Part shown: piece after piece, positions 57,288 through 64,000 of the stretch | How the letters are laid out: each line of letters opens with the position of its first letter | Numbering within the stretch: position 1 is the first letter of the stretch | From: an uncultured bacterium | GTDB lineage: Bacteria; Patescibacteriota; Minisyncoccia; Phycocordibacterales; UBA918 | DNA length: 64,000 bases | Assembly (NCBI GenBank): GCA_965652925.1 | Contig: CBFGXL010000003.1 | Span: 9 to 64,008 of the forward strand | Direction: 5' to 3' | Made by a program: the position numbers and the translations under genes | Notes under the pieces: model-generated | Told to the model about the DNA's origin: nothing | What the model saw: only the letters and a program-made list of their open reading frames with translations | The model's database searches: none

Positions 57288-58184
57288 ATGGCTACATTGT
57301 ATACGCATCAGGGAAGTAATATCGCAAAGACATGGTTTCTGATGGCCATGTTCTTCGCAATCGTCATTGCTATAGGTTATGCAGTTTCTTGGTATTTAGG
57401 TGACTCAAGTATTTTGTATATTGCAATCATATTTGCACTTGTTATGAATGTGGGAAGCTACTGGTTCTCCGACAAGCTCGTGGTCTCCATGACAGGCGCA
57501 AAACCTGCAACACGGGAAGAATATCCAGACCTTTGGAATGTTGTTGAGAATCTTTCGATCACCGCAGGGCTGCCGATGCCGAAGGTGTATGTAGTTAATG
57601 ACCCTGCGCCCAATGCTTTTGCAACCGGCAGAGACCCAAAACATGCAGTTGTTGCTGCAACCACCGGCCTCTTGCAGATACTCGATCGAACGGAGCTTGA
57701 AGGGGTGATGGCACATGAGCTTTCGCATGTAGGAAACAGGGACATGCTTGTGTCGACTGTTGCGGTTGTGTTGGCAGGATTTGTTGCCATTCTTTCAGAC
57801 ATTTTCCTGCGTGCAACGATGTTTGGCGGGGGAGATGATCGCAAGCACCCCATTTTCCTTATTCTAGCTGTGGTAGGCATCGTTCTTGCACCAATCGCTG
57901 CCTCACTTATCCAAATGGCTATTTCCCGCAAAAGAGAATTCCTTGCGGACGCTTCGGGTGCCTTGCTTACGCGCTATCCGGAAGGATTGGCTTCTGCGCT
58001 TGAGAAAATATCAACGTATGGCCGTCCAATGGTACGCGCGAACAATGCAACCGCGCATCTGTTCATTGCTGATCCGTTTGGTCCCGGCAAGGGGTCACTT
58101 ACAAAGAAGATTGCAAACTGGTTCCAAACGCATCCTCCGGTAGAGGATCGGGTGCGCATTCTCAGAGGAATGGATGTTCAGTAA
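57288..58184 (+). CDS. htpX: Zinc metalloprotease HtpX (peptidase M48)
   Basis: HEXXH in GVMAHELSHVGNRD; downstream Glu (EFLADA); 4 TM helices. The upstream in-frame ATG at 57252 is an alternative start. Confidence 0.85.
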   Translation: MATLYTHQGSNIAKTWFLMAMFFAIVIAIGYAVSWYLGDSSILYIAIIFALVMNVGSYWFSDKLVVSMTGAKPATREEYPDLWNVVENLSITAGLPMPKVYVVNDPAPNAFATGRDPKHAVVAATTGLLQILDRTELEGVMAHELSHVGNRDMLVSTVAVVLAGFVAILSDIFLRATMFGGGDDRKHPIFLILAVVGIVLAPIAASLIQMAISRKREFLADASGALLTRYPEGLASALEKISTYGRPMVRANNATAHLFIADPFGPGKGSLTKKIANWFQTHPPVEDRVRILRGMDVQ

Positions 58185-58194
58185 AGGATGTATA

Positions 58195-58227
58195 TAAAAA
58201 AACCGCAGCGGAGGCTGCGGTTTTTTT
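58195..58227. terminator. Bidirectional rho-independent terminator
   Basis: A-run, stem ccgcagc / gctgcgg with gga(g) loop, then 7 T. Lies between convergent htpX and the minus-strand small genes. Confidence 0.7.
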
Positions 58228-58432
58228 AGAGGAGTCCCTCAAACGAACTCAGGTACGAACTGATCAGGTAAGGAACCACGAATGCTCCGATGATAAGCGG
58301 CAGTACAAGCATTACGATGGTAAACCACAGCGAGAAAAGCATGTACTTCTTCATCTTTCCAACTGTTGCGCTGAGCTCGTCAATTTTCTTCGATTGTTCC
58401 TCAAGTTTTTCTAGAATGGTATTATCCATGAC
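58226..58432 (-). CDS. Hypothetical small membrane protein
   Basis: The 3' part of the 127-aa ORF (MDNTILEKLEE...C-terminal TM helix) looks coding. Trimmed to the internal ATG to avoid overlap with the DoxX-like gene. Confidence 0.3.
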   Translation of the reverse strand, partial: VMDNTILEKLEEQSKKIDELSATVGKMKKYMLFSLWFTIVMLVLPLIIGAFVVPYLISSYLSSFEGLL

Positions 58433-58449
58433 GTTCAGTATACCAGAGT

Positions 58450-58800
58450 CTATTTTCTGTGGAGTATGCACAGCGCGATAGCCATGAGCAGGATAGGGAC
58501 GTCCCGAAATAGCACATCCATTTGCGTGATATTCAAAAGCACAATGCTCGCGAGCATAAGTACTGCAATTGCAGAGGGAATGAATATACGCTTGCCTGAA
58601 AGTACCCACAATCCTATGGCAATCTCAACTACACCAAAAATGTGGAGGAGAAGAAGCATATCCAACCCTGTATCACTTATGAACACTGGAAAATATCCTA
58701 CCCAGGAATATGGATTGAAAAAAGCTGAGATTGGCGGATACAAAAAAGAGAACGCTACGCCGATACGAAGCAGGAGTTCAACGTGTTTGTCTGTCTGCAT
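58450..58800 (-). CDS. DoxX-like small membrane protein
   Basis: Four TM helices with a DoxX-like pattern. Confidence 0.4.
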   Translation of the reverse strand: MQTDKHVELLLRIGVAFSFLYPPISAFFNPYSWVGYFPVFISDTGLDMLLLLHIFGVVEIAIGLWVLSGKRIFIPSAIAVLMLASIVLLNITQMDVLFRDVPILLMAIALCILHRK

Positions 58801-58806
58801 GATTTG

Positions 58807-59265
58807 TTAAAGAGTTTTGATGTAAAAACCTTCGCTTCCGTAGAGGGTGTACGTACCATCGCTGTTGTCCTGCGCGTAGACTTCAACTTTCTGTCCGATT
58901 GATGCTTCCAGACCGCCAATCCCATCGACTCCGATAATCGAGCCAGCTGTCTCCTGTGACCATCCCATGATCAGGGTAATGTGTTTGCCGTCAACCACTG
59001 CAAAGCACTCTCCATCTGCAAAGCAGCCAGTGTCAACCTGTTCCAAAGTTCCAGTGAACGTATCTGCTTTGAGCTTTACTTGTGATTGTGGATTGTCTCC
59101 TGCATGAATTTCATCTTCTTCAAGGACTGTATTTTCGTTTGTTGTTTCAGATTGAAATTCTTCCTCTACTTTGTCCTGTACTGTGTCACGGTCTTGCGGC
59201 AACAAAAAATATAATGCCAACAATGCCACAATAACTCCTGCTCCAATGATGACCAAATTTTTCAT
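58807..59265 (-). CDS. Hypothetical membrane-anchored protein
   Basis: Start set at the internal ATG (MKNLVIIGAGVIVALLALYFLL); acidic linker then a small C-terminal domain with 2 Cys. Confidence 0.35.
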   Translation of the reverse strand: MKNLVIIGAGVIVALLALYFLLPQDRDTVQDKVEEEFQSETTNENTVLEEDEIHAGDNPQSQVKLKADTFTGTLEQVDTGCFADGECFAVVDGKHITLIMGWSQETAGSIIGVDGIGGLEASIGQKVEVYAQDNSDGTYTLYGSEGFYIKTL

Positions 59266-59526
59266 ATTGTCATTAATAATACCATTACAAACAGTAATGA
59301 ATTTGTCCTTTTTGTGCTGTGTAGGAATGAGAAGAGAATACTTGGAGCTTCGCAAGATCTTTTGTGCTTCAGCCAAAAGGTATACAGCTTCTGTAAGAAG
59401 GGGGATTCGATTCTTACAGAATCTGTTCAGGTTGTAGGAAATTTTTTGCAAAATTTCGACAACCTTTTGGAATCCCCACATAGAAACTAAAAAAACCAGG
59501 AATAAATCCTGAATTTTCTAGTTTTG

Positions 59527-59613
59527 CGGAGAGAGGGGGATTCGAACCCCCGAGGAGCTTTCACCCCTGCCGCCTTTCCAAGGCGGTACATTCAACCGCT
59601 CTGCCATCTCTCC
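59527..59613 (-). tRNA. tRNA-Ser (anticodon GGA)
   Basis: Reverse complement reads GGAGAGA..AGCGGTTGAA.. with anticodon stem-loop CCGCC-TTGGAAA-GGCGG (GGA). Long variable arm (AGGGG/CTCCT), T-arm GGGGG-TTCGAAT-CCCCC, discriminator G. CCA not encoded. Confidence 0.85.
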
Positions 59614-59669
59614 GTGAGGCACCATAATACCGTACCTGTGCCGTTCTGCGAAGTTGGTTTGATATACTG

Positions 59670-60251
59670 ATGCGTATGACAGGAAGACTCTATTTTATAC
59701 TTGGTTCGACCTTCTTTATGGGCGTGTTTGCTGGTGTGTATTTGTATGTTTCTGCTTTTGCGCCCACACACCAGGAAGGTGTTGCAGATGACCAGGTGGA
59801 TGATGATGCGATCGTCCTTGAGGGTCAAATGTATGGCGGGTGCAGTCGTACAGAGTCATGCGCATCTTTCAGGCTCATTGATGGCAGAAAGTATAACTAC
59901 CTGGAAACCACTGGTGAAGAAGTGAAGAAAGGGATTTTGCCGAAAAGTATACGTGAAGACCTTGAGGGAGTGTTTGATGACGTGTCATTGCAGCGCTATG
60001 CACAGAAGGTTGGAAATACGTCGTGCACTTCGTATGTTGATGGCGTGGACTTTATGTACACCATCTCTAAAGATGGTGAGCGCTACTTATGGGATACGTG
60101 TACGACGTGGCTTTCACAAGATACGGGTTTACAAGAAGTATTTCGCAGTGTCTGGTATGCAATGGAAAATCCGGATGAAAACAAGGAAATAGATTTATTT
60201 GAAAAGAACATTTTTGATATCTTCTGGGACCGTTTCCACCAGCGATCATAA
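59670..60251 (+). CDS. Hypothetical secreted/membrane-anchored protein
   Basis: N-terminal TM anchor; 4 Cys. Confidence 0.35.
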   Translation: MRMTGRLYFILGSTFFMGVFAGVYLYVSAFAPTHQEGVADDQVDDDAIVLEGQMYGGCSRTESCASFRLIDGRKYNYLETTGEEVKKGILPKSIREDLEGVFDDVSLQRYAQKVGNTSCTSYVDGVDFMYTISKDGERYLWDTCTTWLSQDTGLQEVFRSVWYAMENPDENKEIDLFEKNIFDIFWDRFHQRS

Positions 60252-60379
60252 AATACTGCGATGATGATGAAATAACAGGACAGCCTGTGCCGTAGTAATG
60301 CAAGAAGCTGTACCAATGAAAGAACGTACCGCAGCTTCATTCATGCTGTTCAACCATTATCACTGTAATTATTGTACCT

Positions 60380-60898
60380 ATGCAGGCAAAATCATTACTT
60401 ATACCAATCGCAGCGTTTGCGCTTTCAGCAACTGGAGTAAGCGCTTTTAACAGCGATATTTTACAAAAGGCAGGACTTACCCGAGAGCAGATCAGTGCGT
60501 TTGAAGAGGCACGCGAGTTGCGGAAAGAAGGTGATGTGCAAAAAGCTCGGGAAGTGCTGGAAGATGCGGGTATCGATCTTAAGACCATGGAGTCGGTTCG
60601 CGAGGCCATGCATGCATACAAGCAAGGACTCCATACAGCCATTGATGAAGCAATTGAGGCATATGATTATGTTGCTTTTAAAAAGACTATCGCAGATACA
60701 CCCCTTGCAGACATCGTAACCACAGAAGCGGATTTCGAATTATTTGTGCAGGCGCACCGTCTTCATAAGGAAGGGGAGCATGCACAGGCACGAGCTCTGA
60801 TGGACGAACTGGGTATGGATGATCTCCATAAAAACATGCACACTCCACACATGAACCATATGCTTTTCGGTCATCATCCTCCGTTTTTATCGGAGTAG
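60380..60898 (+). CDS. Hypothetical secreted helical protein
   Basis: Signal peptide (..SATGVSA/F); helical; His-rich C-terminus (HKNMHTPHMNHMLFGHHPP). Confidence 0.35.
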   Translation: MQAKSLLIPIAAFALSATGVSAFNSDILQKAGLTREQISAFEEARELRKEGDVQKAREVLEDAGIDLKTMESVREAMHAYKQGLHTAIDEAIEAYDYVAFKKTIADTPLADIVTTEADFELFVQAHRLHKEGEHAQARALMDELGMDDLHKNMHTPHMNHMLFGHHPPFLSE

Positions 60899-60934
60899 GT
60901 GCCGAAAGACGAACACATAATTGCCAAACATATA

Positions 60935-60966
60935 CAAAAAACAGCCGTAGGCTGTTTTTTGTTTTC
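60935..60966 (+). terminator. Rho-independent terminator
   Basis: A-run, stem acagcc / ggctgt with gta loop, then T-run. Confidence 0.65.
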
Positions 60967-61061
60967 TTTGAGAAAATATATGTACTTATGCAATTGGCTT
61001 AATTGCTGAAAGAAAAGCGAAGGTTATACTATAAAATTGAAGTAAGGCCTAATATATTTTC

Positions 61062-62213
61062 ATGAGAAATTTTCTTGTTTTCGTTAATGTTGTTTTCGCA
61101 TATGTTTTCATGAGAAAAATTTTTGTTTTCGTTATTGTTGTTTCCGTACTTGCATTAAGCGCATATGTATTTAGGGACTATATCGATCTATCTCTATTTA
61201 ATAGGGTAGAGATTGAAGAGTCCAAAAAAGCTGAGCCACTTGTTGAGAAATTGAACTCAGAATTGCTCGATCAGGTCAGAAATGTCCCTGATGAACTCGC
61301 ACAAGAATTGCGCTCGACGCGTCTGTATCTCATGCTTCGCGGGAACAATCAAAACGTGACCAAATCTTATGTGTTTGAGAATGGGGCGTTTGCAACGGAC
61401 CATTCTCAAGGCATCGTGGATTATTTTTATTCGTTCGCAAACGATGGAAGCAAACTGACCTTCTTCGCTGTTCCTCACGAGACTGAAGAAGGGTCCGGAG
61501 GATGGGCTGAAAATGCAAAGCTTTTTGTTGCAAGTTCAACAGAGGTGGCAAGTACGCCTTTCCCTCTTTTGGCTAACAGCATGGTATTGGACGAGTCAAC
61601 GATCAAATACAAGCAGCATCCTAGGATCTCAAACGCGGGGGATGTGCTCTTCGTTGGCTGGGATCAAAGTTGGGAGCCTATTGTTGAAAATGTCGATGAC
61701 TGGTCAATATATTCAGTTGTTGACGGCAAAGCTCAGTTCTTAACCAATGGTTTCATGCCAAAGTGGCTTAATGACGATGAGTTCATCTATCTTAAAAACG
61801 ACGGTCTTTACATAAGCAATAAGGATAACTCCGAAGTTGTCCAACTCTACGAAGTTCCTGAAGGCAAAATTATTCAAAATAATAACAATTTTGACATCTC
61901 TCCAAATGGCGACCAGATCGCTTGGATCCAGCCCGATAATGGCCAAGTCGTATTGTTCACACTAACTGAAGACCGTGAACTCATTGAAGAAGCCACTTTC
62001 AAAGCAAAAGGCTTTTGGGTGACCTTCTCCCCAAGCGGCAAGTACTTGGCAGCTCAGACGATCTCCGAAAGCGCAACAGGAATGGAAGCAGATCCTCAAG
62101 CGAAGATAGAATTCTTTGATACTGAAACAAAGATGAAGATCTCAGAATTGGAGATCGCGCTGAGCGATTTCAATCAATTATTCATGTTCATAAACGACTG
62201 GGTAACACGATAA
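61062..62213 (+). CDS. Hypothetical membrane-anchored protein with beta-propeller-like (TolB/WD-like) repeats
   Basis: N-terminal hydrophobic segment duplicated (MRNFLVFVNVVFAYVF / MRKIFVFVIVVSVLALSAYVF). C-terminal repeats such as ISPNGDQIAWIQPDNGQVVLF and FSPSGKYLAAQ. Confidence 0.35.
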   Translation: MRNFLVFVNVVFAYVFMRKIFVFVIVVSVLALSAYVFRDYIDLSLFNRVEIEESKKAEPLVEKLNSELLDQVRNVPDELAQELRSTRLYLMLRGNNQNVTKSYVFENGAFATDHSQGIVDYFYSFANDGSKLTFFAVPHETEEGSGGWAENAKLFVASSTEVASTPFPLLANSMVLDESTIKYKQHPRISNAGDVLFVGWDQSWEPIVENVDDWSIYSVVDGKAQFLTNGFMPKWLNDDEFIYLKNDGLYISNKDNSEVVQLYEVPEGKIIQNNNNFDISPNGDQIAWIQPDNGQVVLFTLTEDRELIEEATFKAKGFWVTFSPSGKYLAAQTISESATGMEADPQAKIEFFDTETKMKISELEIALSDFNQLFMFINDWVTR

Positions 62214-62217
62214 AAAT

Positions 62218-62790
62218 ATGAAAAGCAAAATCAACGTTTTCGATGCGGCTAATTGGGGACCCTGGGAAACTTTTCTACTGGCGGGTGTGTTATTTATAGC
62301 AATATTTTCCCCTGCTCCTGCGAATGCGAGCCATAGAGATGGCCATAACTACAACCCTGCAAATGACCCTTCATATGGTGTTCCCTGTCCCAATATCTAC
62401 AATACAAGCAGTTATTCTCAAGGCAGCTATTCTACGTACGCTCAAGGCAGCTATTCTACGTACGCTCAGGGTAGTTACTACACCCAGGGCCAGTACTACA
62501 GTCAGAGCCAATACTATGTCCAGGGCGCATACATCAATTCACCTGAGCTCAGAGTTCTGCCTAAATTGGTGGAAAAGGACTCCACAACCACTCTGACGTG
62601 GGATGGGGGAAATGCAGACTCGTGCAGGCTCACCGGAGGAAAATTCAACAACTCTTCTGTTTCTGTTATCGGTTCAGCTGATGTTGTGATAACCGGTGAG
62701 ACTACCTTCACTATAGAATGTTTCCTCGGTCCGCAACAAAGCACCCATAGTGTTACCGTTAAGGTCGTCCCTGAGATAGAGGAAACTTAA
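62218..62790 (+). CDS. Secreted protein with Tyr/Gln/Ser-rich low-complexity repeats and C-terminal Ig-like domain
   Basis: Signal peptide; SYSQGSYSTYAQGSYSTYAQGSYYTQGQYYSQSQYYVQGAY encoded partly by a 24-bp tandem DNA repeat (62417..62464); C-terminal beta-rich domain with 2 Cys. Confidence 0.4.
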   Translation: MKSKINVFDAANWGPWETFLLAGVLFIAIFSPAPANASHRDGHNYNPANDPSYGVPCPNIYNTSSYSQGSYSTYAQGSYSTYAQGSYYTQGQYYSQSQYYVQGAYINSPELRVLPKLVEKDSTTTLTWDGGNADSCRLTGGKFNNSSVSVIGSADVVITGETTFTIECFLGPQQSTHSVTVKVVPEIEET

Positions 62791-62837
62791 GCAGAGATCA
62801 CTTTTTTGCTGGATGGCTGTTCTGCTATTATTATTCT

Positions 62838-63461
62838 ATGCCAGCGTTGATCATTTCCGTGTTGTTGCTCCCAATAGTGGTGTGGGCTGACTCCGATATA
62901 GTGGTTGGACCGCAAAAAGCAAGCGATGTACTTACGCTTGATCCTTCCTCTGCAGATCTTTTCGGCAGGCTTGAAGGATTCCCACATACTTTTGAGTTTG
63001 ACGTGAGAGAGACACTCCCACTGGAAGCGGTTGTCTTTGTCCACGATACCAAAGATCAGAAGAACGACGCATCTATCATCGTTGTAAAAAAGGAACGTCG
63101 TGGTGTTAGTGAAATAGGGAGAACAAAAGCGAAAGAATCTCCCTGGACCTCTTCAAAAGATATGATTTTAGTTGAATCGTTCAGACAAGGTGGGGTTCTT
63201 GATGCATCGCTCGAACCTGGGTCATATATTTTGGAAGTAAGCTCGCCTAATAATGATGCGAAGTATCGTCTTACAGTAGGAAATCCTGACCGTGGCTATT
63301 TCGAAAACCTCAAAGCTTTATTTCAGTTGAAAAAACTTTATGGAACATCGTATCTGAGCGCCGTGCTATCACCGCTCCTCTATATACCGTTGTCTATTAT
63401 CTTCACAGTCGCGCTGATGTTCTTTTCTTGGAAAAAGAAACAATGGCTTCTAAAAAAGTGA
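62838..63461 (+). CDS. Hypothetical secreted protein with C-terminal TM anchor
   Basis: Signal peptide; C-terminal TM helix (LLYIPLSIIFTVALMFF). Confidence 0.3.
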   Translation: MPALIISVLLLPIVVWADSDIVVGPQKASDVLTLDPSSADLFGRLEGFPHTFEFDVRETLPLEAVVFVHDTKDQKNDASIIVVKKERRGVSEIGRTKAKESPWTSSKDMILVESFRQGGVLDASLEPGSYILEVSSPNNDAKYRLTVGNPDRGYFENLKALFQLKKLYGTSYLSAVLSPLLYIPLSIIFTVALMFFSWKKKQWLLKK

Positions 63462-63757
63462 AAAAGATCTCCGTAGAAAAAACCAAACAACCATGGTTTG
63501 TCTATATGATGCAATGTGCCGATGCTTCGCTGTATACGGGTATTACCATAGATCTCGAACGCAGGATGCGCGAACATAACGATATACGCAAGGGGGCAAA
63601 ATATACCCGTGCGCGGCAGCCCATTGTACTTGCTTATACTGAGTCTGCAGAAAACCGAAGTGCAGCTTTAAAGCGTGAAGCTGCGCTCAAAAAACTTCCC
63701 CGGAAAGAGAAGCTTCTCTTGATCCACAAGGAGTCTAGACAAAAGGATATTTTATAG
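63428..63757 (+). CDS. GIY-YIG nuclease-superfamily small protein (UPF0213-like)
   Basis: [29 protein letters not shown]...GAKYTR matches the GIY-YIG core. About 100 aa with no extra domain. Confidence 0.75.
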   Translation: MEKETMASKKVKKISVEKTKQPWFVYMMQCADASLYTGITIDLERRMREHNDIRKGAKYTRARQPIVLAYTESAENRSAALKREAALKKLPRKEKLLLIHKESRQKDIL

Positions 63758-63810
63758 GTATTCTGTTGCTCTTATTACGGCGTTGCGAAGCGCCATTTTT
63801 TAATGAACAC

Positions 63811-64000
63811 ATGAGCCAAGAAATACGAAACATTGCAATTATTGCCCACGTAGACCATGGGAAAACTACACTTACTGATGCTCTTATGGAGCAGACTGGT
63901 TTTCGTGAAGCAAATCAGACAATGGACAGCAATGCGCTTGAGCTTGAACGCGGGATCACTATCTACGCAAAGAACACCTCCATTGAATATAAAGGGACGA
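63811..64000 (+). CDS. typA: Translational GTPase TypA/BipA, 5' fragment truncated by window end
   Basis: [22 protein letters not shown] (G1) and [14 protein letters not shown] (G2 region). More TypA-like than LepA-like. Confidence 0.8.
   Translation, partial: MSQEIRNIAIIAHVDHGKTTLTDALMEQTGFREANQTMDSNALELERGITIYAKNTSIEYKGT

Noticed and set aside
58226-58609. Full-length 127-aa minus-strand ORF overlapping the DoxX-like ORF by 160 nt
   Set aside because: The N-terminal half (Cys/His-rich, MGTFRQAYIHSLCNCSTY...) looks like an out-of-frame read-through of the DoxX gene region. Only the C-terminal 68 aa (MDNTILEKL... plus TM helix) looks protein-like, so the feature was trimmed to 58226..58432.
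63428-63757. GIY-YIG gene as a homing endonuclease or mobile element marker
   Set aside because: It is only about 100 aa, of the widespread UPF0213 small GIY-YIG type, with no DNA-binding extension, no intron/intein context and no flanking repeats.

Overview
This 64-kb window reads as a gene-dense stretch from a small-genome bacterium. It has many 1-40 nt gene overlaps, AT-rich intergenic regions, and a type IV pilus locus with a fused PilM-N and several GFTLIE-type prepilins, which is compatible with a CPR/Patescibacteria-like organism; that taxonomic guess is inference only.

Main contents, in order:
- Housekeeping genes: rarA, msrB-msrA, RNase J, secG, groES-groEL, an endonuclease III-like and a MutY-like glycosylase, lemA, htpX, tRNA-Ser(GGA), and a truncated typA at the 3' edge.
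- A dense signal-transduction region at about 4.3-17.3 kb with two sensor histidine kinases, an OmpR-type response regulator and two single-domain REC proteins. It also holds three kinase-less transducer proteins (two HAMP, one PAS) that share an almost identical C-terminal helix 'RELKMIELKK', each placed beside a dedicated ligand-binding protein (a periplasmic sugar-binding-fold SBP or a FIST protein).
- A minus-strand two-component operon that encloses a three-gene cassette: a GAMT-like methyltransferase, an AdoMetDC-fold pyruvoyl decarboxylase with a deviant active-site motif, and a GNAT-like protein.
- A type IV pilus locus (pilB, pilC, four prepilin-like genes, a pilM-N fusion, two tandem major pilins) directly downstream of the REC genes.
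- A copper-handling island: a His-rich secreted protein, YcnI-like, a CopC-CopD-YtkA fusion (YcnJ-like), a cupredoxin and DsbA.
- A glycoside-hydrolase and membrane-protein block.
- A DUF2207 membrane-protein gene split by a perfect 629-bp internal tandem duplication.

No CRISPR array, rRNA, transposase or integrase was recognised.
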